64,000 nucleotides of DNA from assembly GCA_964594215.1 (NCBI GenBank), contig CAZQLN010000003.1, positions 25,447-89,446 on the forward strand. The letters run 5' to 3'. This DNA is from an uncultured Bdellovibrionales bacterium (lineage in GTDB: Bacteria; Patescibacteriota; Minisyncoccia; Moranbacterales; UBA1568). This document shows positions 10,801 to 17,931 of the stretch, piece after piece. Below the pieces are notes generated by a model. That model did no database searches. It was not told the origin of the DNA and was given only the letters and a program-made list of their open reading frames with translations. The position numbers were made by a program, and so were the translations under genes. Every line of letters begins with the position of its first letter. The stretch's first letter is position 1.

Positions 10801-10951
10801 CAATCAAGGAGGGATGATGTCTCACGCGGCTATTGTCGCCCGTGAACTAGGTATTCCCTGTATAGTAGGGACAGGGCATATAACAGAAATAGTGAAGACG
10901 GGAGATTTGTTAGAAGTAGATGCTGATAATGGGGTAGTAAGAATTTTATAA
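7892..10951 (+). CDS. PEP-synthase/rifampin-phosphotransferase-like protein: ATP-grasp domain plus two PEP-utilizer phospho-His domains
   Basis: GGKGASLGEM, VAVRSSATAED, DIEWA and IVQSRPIT; CHAAIVARE and SHAAIVARE. No C-terminal pyruvate-binding barrel. Confidence 0.85.
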   Translation: MKYTLNFKELGKNDALVAGGKGASLGEMIRAGIPVPDGFVILADTFDLFLKETDLLQEIEAILDGVNHEAIHTVEAASESIQGLILSRPIPEVIQKEIQEKFADLGSQYVAVRSSATAEDGIEHAWAGQLDSYLNTTERDLIEKVRKCWASLFTPRAIFYRFEKGLHSTKISVAVVVQSMVNSEKSGIAFSVHPVTEDYNQLIIEAGFGLGEAIVSGAVTPDSYVVEKSPWKILDINISHQGRALYRIDGGGNEWRDLGESFGSNKVLNEAQIQELSDIIVQIEKHYGFPCDIEWAFEDGKFFIVQSRPITTLSTKGNINLQKIEKIFSRDFTMIALEMDYRMEYQRARPWAKGENPYSPYLVFWRNDGTNKIYFNSKGVEWIQRELEKRVRENKDFLKLVEENVRKGISYIRPVYEAEKAIDRESLIRFVEEFMAAYFWIEAMWWIKGMADENLKDIDCANIVRLREETETLSAATDRVIRKSLEKLYPKLGLLSAMISFDELKGGNIPSEEVLRTRDQGFVLINNEIIIDKNFDDVLKENGLELVEESFQMLGEELEGQSASKGRYTGRVVRVMGHNDFEKVQEGDVLVSPMTMVDFLPVMKIAGAFVTDEGGALCHAAIVARELDKPCIIGTKVATQVFKDGDLIEVDADNGVVRILEKAEELEIGNYQKLFQWPGEFSHFLSSYFMAIYNKHKAISLHDGNMWQSFLPYTSKEKTLKLGLALYSSKQEYEELRKGLTEGFVELTAHFNQVLKKDTLTKEEVGAFFDQALEHYNYYSQTEFFFTDLAYSEMNNVSQIQKNFETFDELKLQGREYLNKIALAPGCYLDRLIEKIAQQLSYDISALKCHSINEILELFDGKSVKSDELVNRNQYFMHGRGSHAEVLTGDTALRKIRDFFAEVAKTNEVKGQIANKGYYQGRARVFRFSLSEINLMDEEIEKMEKGEILIADTTAPEIILACKKAGAIVTNQGGMMSHAAIVARELGIPCIVGTGHITEIVKTGDLLEVDADNGVVRIL

Positions 10952-10957
10952 AATACT

Positions 10958-12058
10958 ATGAGTAAGCGACCAGAAGATTACAAAAAGTTTTTTACAGCAG
11001 AATGTGAGATTACTTGTTTGCATTGTGATTTTCTCATGCGTCAGAGCCCACTCGCTGCTGCAGACTTGCTGGCTTTCAATAAGGGCTTAGAGTTTCATGT
11101 TTTCTTGCGCAAGGATAAAGAATACCGTTGTGCTGAAGAAGGGATCGAGCTTTTCTTTGATCAAGAACGGTATGAGATTTTTCTGAGAGATTTCCAGGCC
11201 TATGCAGATGAGGCTCTGAGTGTTTTTGTACCAAAGTGGAGCAAAATTCCGACAACTCTTTCCAAAGAAGAATTTATTGAAGCAGCAAATTTTCTCGGCA
11301 AATTGTGGTATTTCTATGGTTTTACAGAGTTTCCTTTTATTGATAAAGCCTATGAAAAAGCCAAAGCAGAGAGTAATGCAGAAGTCCAGAAACGACTAGA
11401 AGATTTTGGGCAGTTTAAATTCACAGGCCGTGAAGTATTGAATGCTTTTTGGTTTGAGGGTGGTCCGATACCGAACATCCTCCTCGGTGTTTCCCAGATG
11501 TTTCTTAAAGATGATGATGCCAAGTTTCTCTTTCTTGCTGAGCTTACAGCGTTGTTTGATGGATGGCGCCCAACTGAGGAATTAGTGAAAGAGCGGAGAG
11601 AATACTATGGTATGAATGTCACGGACGGCGTAGCGGAAGTATTGGGCTTTACACAAGCCAAAGAACTATACGTACAATTTACCCGAGTACCAGATGATTT
11701 GGTAATAAAAGGCGTGACTGCCAATAAAGGAAAGGTCACCGGAAGGGTAATTATCGCCCCTATGCTCAATGACCATGGAGCCATTGCTCTGCTTGATGCT
11801 AAAATGAAGCAAGGAGATATCTTGGTAGCAGAAAGTACAAGTCCAGATTTGATGTCCTTGTGTCGTAAGGCATCGGCCATAGTAGCTGATCAAGGGGGAC
11901 TGCTCTCTCATGCTGCAATTGTGTCTCGGGAACTTGGTGTACCTTGTGTGATCCAGGCGGAGGTTGCTACTCGGAGATTGAAAGAAGGGGACCTGGTAGA
12001 GGTGGATGCGGATAAAGGTTTCGTTACTATTTTAGAAAGGATAGAAGAAGGCATATAA
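10958..12058 (+). CDS. PEP-utilizing enzyme mobile (phospho-His) domain protein
   Basis: C-terminal GGLLSHAAIVSRELGVPC...GDLVEVDADKG. Confidence 0.85.
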   Translation: MSKRPEDYKKFFTAECEITCLHCDFLMRQSPLAAADLLAFNKGLEFHVFLRKDKEYRCAEEGIELFFDQERYEIFLRDFQAYADEALSVFVPKWSKIPTTLSKEEFIEAANFLGKLWYFYGFTEFPFIDKAYEKAKAESNAEVQKRLEDFGQFKFTGREVLNAFWFEGGPIPNILLGVSQMFLKDDDAKFLFLAELTALFDGWRPTEELVKERREYYGMNVTDGVAEVLGFTQAKELYVQFTRVPDDLVIKGVTANKGKVTGRVIIAPMLNDHGAIALLDAKMKQGDILVAESTSPDLMSLCRKASAIVADQGGLLSHAAIVSRELGVPCVIQAEVATRRLKEGDLVEVDADKGFVTILERIEEGI

Positions 12059-12065
12059 AAATGGT

Positions 12066-12110
12066 ATAAAAAAGTTTAGCCCGGGACACATGGTTGTGAG
12101 TCCCGGGCTT
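12066..12110 (-). terminator. intrinsic terminator between convergent genes
   Basis: agcccgggac...gtcccgggct 10-bp stem. The A-run on the left gives a U-tract on the minus strand. Confidence 0.75.
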
Positions 12111-12146
12111 GAGGTTGACGCGAATGGATCTAGAAAGAGAGGTGTA

Positions 12147-12590
12147 TTACTTCCTCCACTTATCCAGTATTTCGATGATACTCGACAGTGACTGCTCGAT
12201 GTGGTTGGCGCAGTCATGGTAGGCTTGTTCGCCTTGCTGCCAGGGATTGGGCACGCCACCACCGAGAATGATGATGGGCGTGTGACCCTCTCGCATTGCA
12301 GTGAGAGCGTTCGCTTCTTCTTCGCCGACCGTTAGGATGAGTTGGTACTCACTGAGATCAAGTGTCCCGACGAAACGGGACACGTGGCCGTCGGCATTAA
12401 TGCCACGATCACGAAGCTCCTTTTGGGAAAATTCTGCCATGGGCTGTCCTGCAGCAGATTCTCTGAGGCCAGCGCTTTCCACCGTGACATTGGCAAAGCC
12501 GATTATTTCTCCCAGCTCATGACGAAGCATACGCTCCATCATCGGTGATCGACAGGTGTTGCCGAGACAAACGCAAAGAACTTTGTGCAC
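12147..12590 (-). CDS. low-molecular-weight protein tyrosine phosphatase family protein
   Basis: VCLGNTCRSPM P-loop, ESAG. GTG start with GAGGAGG SD. The usual DP acid motif reads NP. Confidence 0.85.
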   Translation of the reverse strand: MHKVLCVCLGNTCRSPMMERMLRHELGEIIGFANVTVESAGLRESAAGQPMAEFSQKELRDRGINADGHVSRFVGTLDLSEYQLILTVGEEEANALTAMREGHTPIIILGGGVPNPWQQGEQAYHDCANHIEQSLSSIIEILDKWRK

Positions 12591-12741
12591 TTATTCCTCC
12601 TCTTGTGATAAGAAAAAATTGTTAGAAATCTGATCATAAACCATAATCCCAACCTGAGATTATACACCTAAACCAGATAAAAGTCAATAATAGAGCCATT
12701 TATTTGCTCTAAATAGGGATATTCTGTATACTTTTGTCTAT

Positions 12742-14418
12742 ATGAGACGTGAACACAAAATCCGCTGGCAATTCGCGGCCGTGCTCCTTTTGGGGCTCGT
12801 GTCCGGGCTTATTGCATATCCAAAAGCCATTTCTTTTTTCCCAGCTGGCTACAATTGGCTCAATCAATTACAAGTAAACCGGGGACTTGATCTTGAGGGA
12901 GGTATTCACTTGGAATATGCTGCTGATACTTCGAATATAGCTAAGGATAAAGAAAAAGATGCTCTTCAAGCAGCTGAGGCAGTCATCGAGCGACGCGTCA
13001 ATGCTTTTGGTGTGGGTGAACCATTGGTTCAGCTCTCGAAAGCAGGGAGTGAAAATCGTATCATTGTAGAGCTGCCTGGTATTAAAAATATTGAAGAAGC
13101 CAAGGCGCTGATCAAAGAAACCCCATTTCTTGAATTTCGTGAGCCAGCGAGTGATGAGTTCAAGGCGCAGTTAGCCCAAGATAATGAAAAAGCTCGTGCT
13201 CAAGCGGAAACTATTTTGAATCGTGCTAAGAGCGGTGAAGATTTTTCGAAATTGGCTACCGAGTTCAGTCAGGATCCTGGTTCCAAAAATCAGGGCGGAG
13301 AATTGGATTTCGTGAAAAAAGGTGCTTTTGTTCCAGAATTTGATGAAACCATTTTCCGGGCAGATTTTCCAAAGGGTAAGATCAATGACTCTCTTATCGA
13401 AACTGACTATGGTTACCATATTATCAAGAAACTAGATGAACGAGGTGAGGGAGATGATCGAGAGGTCAAGGCGGCCCACATTCTTTTTCTCAAGAAATCT
13501 ATTGAAACCGACCCACTCTTAGCGTATCAACCAACCGGACTTTCTGGTAAAAACCTCAAAGACGCTTCGGTAACCTATCAGTCGCAAGGATTGGGGTCGC
13601 CACAGATTCAGTTACAGTTTGACGATGAAGGAACAAAATTGTTTGCAGATATTACGAAGCGTAATGTAGGTAAGCCGGTTGCTATTTTTCTTGATAATGA
13701 ACTCCTTCAGGCACCGGTTATTCAAGTAGAAATTCCAAATGGTCAGGCAGTGATCACGGGAGATTACACTATCACTGAAGCCAATGCTCAGGTAAAACGC
13801 CTCAACGAAGGAGCGTTGCCTGTACCGATCAATTTGGTTGGTCAGCAAAGTGTCGATGCCTCTTTGGGTGAAGTCGCATTGAGTCAGAGTCTTAAAGCTG
13901 GCTTTATCGGTCTGGTGGCGGTTGCTCTTTTCATGTTGCTCTTCTATCGTTTCCTCGGTCTTATTGCTGTTTTGGCACTTATCCTCTACACAGCGATGCT
14001 TTTCTCACTTTTCAAACTTTCTGTGCTCACACCATTTCCGATCACGGTGACTCTCTCTGGTATCGCTGGGTTTATTCTCTCAATTGGTATTGCGGTGGAT
14101 GCTAATGTGCTTATTTTCGAACGTACTCGCGAAGAACTCTCATACGGTAAGGGGGCTATCAAATCGATTAAGGAGGGTTTCCGTCGAGCCTGGCCAAGTA
14201 TTCGTGATGGTCATGTCTCGACTCTTCTCACCACCTTTATTCTCGTAGGTTTGGGAACGGGCTTCGTCAAAGGTTTCGCAATTATTCTCGCCTTAGGTGT
14301 GTTGCTCTCTCTCTTTACAGCGGTAGTTTTGGTGCGTACGACTACCACTTTCTTCATTGGAGAGTGGATGGAAAAACATCCATGGCTACTTGTTACTCCT
14401 AAGAAACCTATCGAATAG
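12742..14418 (+). CDS. secD: protein translocase subunit SecD with an inserted parvulin-type PPIase domain
   Basis: GLDLEGG, RRVNAFGVGEP, AVDANVLIFER. The insert reads FSKLATEFSQDPGSKNQGGELD...F..EF...ETDYGYHIIK. Confidence 0.95.
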   Translation: MRREHKIRWQFAAVLLLGLVSGLIAYPKAISFFPAGYNWLNQLQVNRGLDLEGGIHLEYAADTSNIAKDKEKDALQAAEAVIERRVNAFGVGEPLVQLSKAGSENRIIVELPGIKNIEEAKALIKETPFLEFREPASDEFKAQLAQDNEKARAQAETILNRAKSGEDFSKLATEFSQDPGSKNQGGELDFVKKGAFVPEFDETIFRADFPKGKINDSLIETDYGYHIIKKLDERGEGDDREVKAAHILFLKKSIETDPLLAYQPTGLSGKNLKDASVTYQSQGLGSPQIQLQFDDEGTKLFADITKRNVGKPVAIFLDNELLQAPVIQVEIPNGQAVITGDYTITEANAQVKRLNEGALPVPINLVGQQSVDASLGEVALSQSLKAGFIGLVAVALFMLLFYRFLGLIAVLALILYTAMLFSLFKLSVLTPFPITVTLSGIAGFILSIGIAVDANVLIFERTREELSYGKGAIKSIKEGFRRAWPSIRDGHVSTLLTTFILVGLGTGFVKGFAIILALGVLLSLFTAVVLVRTTTTFFIGEWMEKHPWLLVTPKKPIE

Positions 14419-14419
14419 T

Positions 14420-15325
14420 ATGGTCAAAATTATCCAGCAAAGAAAATATGCCTACGCTTTCTCGATCATCACCACGGTGTTGAGTATTGTGTTTATCATG
14501 ATATGGGGGCTTAATCTCGGTATTGATTTCAAGGGAGGAACCCTTATGGAGGTACGCTTCACTACAGAACAGGTGCCCGAAGCCACCGCCGTCCAAGAAA
14601 CACTGACACCACTCGAGCTTAAGAGCCTGACAGTCCAGCCTACCGAGAACAAGGGTATGATTCTTCGTTACCTTGCTTCAGATGATGCTGCTAATAGCAA
14701 GGTGCTGACGGCACTGCAAACTTTTGATCCAAGTGTCACTCAAGTGCGTACAGACTTTGTGGGAGGATCAGTATCCAGCCAGATCACCAAAAATGCACTG
14801 ACTGGTACGGTCATGTCTATTATCGCCATTGCCCTCTTTATTGCCTACGCTTTCCGTGGGGTCAGTGGTAAGGTGAAGTCATTTGAATATGGTATTGGGG
14901 CGGTCATTGCCTTAGCTCACGACATCATCATCACGATTGGAGTTTTTGCTTTCCTAGGTCATTTCTATGATGTCGAGGTTGGCGTGCCGTTTATCGCTGC
15001 TCTTCTCACCATCTTGGGTTACTCGGTCAACGACACTATTGTGGTCTATGATCGTGTCCGCGAAAACCTCACCCGTTCCTCACTCAAAGAAGATTTTGAA
15101 ACTATTGTCAATCGTTCGCTCAATGAAACCCTAGGTCGTTCGATCAATACTTCGCTTACAGTCATCATTACTCTTATAGCCATTGTCTTATTTGGTGGTG
15201 ACAGCATCCGCTACTTTGGTGTCGCTCTCCTTACGGGTGTTGCTTTCGGTACATACTCATCTATCTATGTATCTTCGGCTTTGCTCGTAACGCGCTATAA
15301 TATGAAGAAGAAGTTTCAGAATTAG
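14420..15325 (+). CDS. secF: protein translocase subunit SecF
   Basis: LGIDFKGG, GYSVNDTIVVYDRVRE, RSINTS, GTYSSI. Confidence 0.96.
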   Translation: MVKIIQQRKYAYAFSIITTVLSIVFIMIWGLNLGIDFKGGTLMEVRFTTEQVPEATAVQETLTPLELKSLTVQPTENKGMILRYLASDDAANSKVLTALQTFDPSVTQVRTDFVGGSVSSQITKNALTGTVMSIIAIALFIAYAFRGVSGKVKSFEYGIGAVIALAHDIIITIGVFAFLGHFYDVEVGVPFIAALLTILGYSVNDTIVVYDRVRENLTRSSLKEDFETIVNRSLNETLGRSINTSLTVIITLIAIVLFGGDSIRYFGVALLTGVAFGTYSSIYVSSALLVTRYNMKKKFQN

Positions 15326-15337
15326 ATATACAGATGT

Positions 15338-15628
15338 ATGTGGAATCCTTTTGGTAAAAATGAAGAAGATGACGCAGAGCTTGCTAAGATGGCGGAGCTT
15401 GCCGGTGGTAAGGATATTAAGGATATGGGCATGATGCAGAAGTTTGCTCTCAAGCGTCTTGCTAAGATGAGTCCAGCTGAGCGCGAGAAAATGGTGAAGA
15501 AGGCGATGACTCCAAAGAATATCGAGAAACACAAAGGAGAGATTCTTCAGTCACTGGAAGCTATGCGTAAGGCGAAGCAGATATCAGATGACCAATACAG
15601 ACTCGCTAAGAAGCGTTTTGGTTTATAA
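15338..15628 (+). CDS. hypothetical Met/Lys-rich helical protein
   Basis: ORF fills the secF-tyrS gap with tight spacing. Confidence 0.7.
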   Translation: MWNPFGKNEEDDAELAKMAELAGGKDIKDMGMMQKFALKRLAKMSPAEREKMVKKAMTPKNIEKHKGEILQSLEAMRKAKQISDDQYRLAKKRFGL

Positions 15629-15632
15629 AAAT

Positions 15633-16829
15633 ATGATAAACACGGATCCGCAAAAAATAGACGAACTTCTCACTCGTGGTGTAGCTGAGGTGATTGATCA
15701 TGAACACCTGCGAGAGCGCCTGCTTTCTGGTGACAAACTGCGTATCAAGCTAGGGATTGATCCAACGAGTCCAGATCTGCATATTGGTCGCGCGGTACTT
15801 CTCTTGAAACTTCGTGATTTTCAGGAATTAGGACATCAAATAGTCCTTATTCTAGGGACTTTTACAGGAATTATCGGAGATACTTCTGATAAAGAGGCGG
15901 AGCGTCCGATGATTGATGAGGAAGTGCTCAAAGCCAATATGAAAACCTACGCTAAGCAGGCCGGTCTGATTCTCGATATGGATAAGGTAGAACTCCGAGA
16001 AAATGGTGATTGGCTTTCCAAGTTAGGCTATGCAGAAATTGGCCGTCAGGCAGATGTCTTTTCATTGGCTCAAACTATGGCACGAGAAAATATTGCCAAA
16101 CGTCATGATGCTGGTAAGAGAATTTCTCTTCGTGAGTTGCTCTATCCACTCATGCAGGGCTATGACAGCGTCGCTATAGAAGCGGACGTAGAGCTGGGTG
16201 GAACAGACCAACGCTTCAACCTGCTGGCAGGACGTCATATTCAACCTTTGTATAATCAGGAGCCGCAAGACATTCTGATGGCTAATCTGATTCTTGGCAC
16301 AGATGGTCGTAAGATGAGTTCTAGTTGGGGGAATACCATCAATCTTACTGATTCTCCAAATGATATGTTTGGTAAAGTGATGAGCGTGCCAGATGAATTG
16401 ATTGTGGAATACCTCATTCACTGTACTCGTGTGCCTCTGGAGCAGGTGAGGGCTTGGGAAGAGAAGCTTTCTTCCGGAGAGAATCCTCGTGATGCTAAGG
16501 TGTTTTTAGCACAGTCTCTTGTGGCTCTGTATCACGGAGAAGACGAGGCTAAGAAATCAGTAGAATATTTTGTGAATACTTTCTCTAAAGGTCTAATACC
16601 AGAGGAGGTTCGTGAAGTAGCCATGAATGTCCCGGAATCCCTCTCGTTTCTTATTGCAAGAATCTCTTTAGTACCAATGAGTCATTCAGAGGCTAAGCGT
16701 CTTATTGAACAAGGTGGAATCAGCATTGATGGTGAGAAACTTCTGGATCCTTCATTAAATGTTGACCAACAGTTTGATGGTAAGATTTTTAAGATTGGTA
16801 AGAAAGACTTTGCAAAAATAGTTTTTTAA
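15633..16829 (+). CDS. tyrS: tyrosine--tRNA ligase
   Basis: GIDPTSPDLHIG, YPLMQGYDS, GGTDQRFN, KMSSS and a C-terminal S4-like domain. Confidence 0.97.
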   Translation: MINTDPQKIDELLTRGVAEVIDHEHLRERLLSGDKLRIKLGIDPTSPDLHIGRAVLLLKLRDFQELGHQIVLILGTFTGIIGDTSDKEAERPMIDEEVLKANMKTYAKQAGLILDMDKVELRENGDWLSKLGYAEIGRQADVFSLAQTMARENIAKRHDAGKRISLRELLYPLMQGYDSVAIEADVELGGTDQRFNLLAGRHIQPLYNQEPQDILMANLILGTDGRKMSSSWGNTINLTDSPNDMFGKVMSVPDELIVEYLIHCTRVPLEQVRAWEEKLSSGENPRDAKVFLAQSLVALYHGEDEAKKSVEYFVNTFSKGLIPEEVREVAMNVPESLSFLIARISLVPMSHSEAKRLIEQGGISIDGEKLLDPSLNVDQQFDGKIFKIGKKDFAKIVF

Positions 16830-16857
16830 TCTGAGTGATTTCAAGTAGAATAGATAT

Positions 16858-17922
16858 ATGAATGTATCGCTCATCGCGACAATAGAAAAGAACGCTTTGG
16901 AGGCCATTGGTCTCACTAAGGATCTAGAGACCCTTGCTCGTTTCGAGACTCAGTTTCTAGGACGTAAAAGTGAGCTTTCTAGTCTTCTCAAAGAACTCAA
17001 AAACCTCTCGCCTGAGGAAAAAAGAACCATCGGACCGAAGCTCCAAGCCCTGCGTGAGAAACTCCAAACTCTTCATAGTGAAAAGCAAGCAGAAATTGAA
17101 AATAATACTCGTGACTGGGAGGCGGAGCGTTTGGATGTGACTGCGCCAGGCATACCTCATCGTATCGGGCATCTTCATCCTATTACTACTCTTGAGCACG
17201 AGGTACTGGGTATTTTCGAACACCTTGGTTTTACCGTGGCCGAAGGACCAGAAGCGGAAACAGAATGGTACAACTTCGATGCTCTCAACTTTCCTAAAGA
17301 TCATCCAGCACGTGATATGCAGGATACGTTTTGGATTGTCGGAGGTGGCACCAAGATCAAAAAGGGGAAAGTGCTCGAGAGAGAGCGTCTACTCATGCGT
17401 ACACATACTTCACCGAACCAAGTGCGTTTTATGGAAAAAAATAAACCACCATTTCGAGTGATTGTCCCGGGGCGTGTTTTTAGAAACGAAGCTACTGACG
17501 CTTCTCATGAGCATACTTTCCATCAGTTCGAGTGTCTTATGCTCGATGAGACTGGCAAGGTGAGTGTAGCTACTTTCAAACACGTTGCAGAGACTTTCTT
17601 CGAGAACTTTTTTGGTAAAAAAGTGACCGTACGACTCCGCCCAAGTTATTTTCCATTTACGGAACCTTCATTTGAATTTGATATCAGCTGCGTTCTCTGT
17701 GATAGTGCTGGTTGTTCTACTTGTAAACAAACAGGCTGGTTGGAGATTGGAGGAGCGGGGATGGTCCATCAGAATGTCCTTACTGCCGCAGGCTATCCGA
17801 AGGGAAAGTATCAGGGATTTGCCTGGGGATTTGGATTAACCAGACTCGCCATGATGAAATACAAAATCACGGATATCCGACAATTCATGGGAGGGGACCT
17901 TCGTTTTATTCGACAGTTTTAG
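16858..17922 (+). CDS. pheS: phenylalanine--tRNA ligase alpha subunit
   Basis: HPARDMQDTF, RTHTS, RPSYFPFTEPS, GFAWGFG. Confidence 0.97.
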   Translation: MNVSLIATIEKNALEAIGLTKDLETLARFETQFLGRKSELSSLLKELKNLSPEEKRTIGPKLQALREKLQTLHSEKQAEIENNTRDWEAERLDVTAPGIPHRIGHLHPITTLEHEVLGIFEHLGFTVAEGPEAETEWYNFDALNFPKDHPARDMQDTFWIVGGGTKIKKGKVLERERLLMRTHTSPNQVRFMEKNKPPFRVIVPGRVFRNEATDASHEHTFHQFECLMLDETGKVSVATFKHVAETFFENFFGKKVTVRLRPSYFPFTEPSFEFDISCVLCDSAGCSTCKQTGWLEIGGAGMVHQNVLTAAGYPKGKYQGFAWGFGLTRLAMMKYKITDIRQFMGGDLRFIRQF

Positions 17923-17931
17923 ACAAGCGAC

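Noticed and set aside
7892-10951. Calling this ppsA or rph
   Set aside because: It lacks the PEP-synthase C-terminal barrel and has two His domains, so the substrate cannot be inferred.
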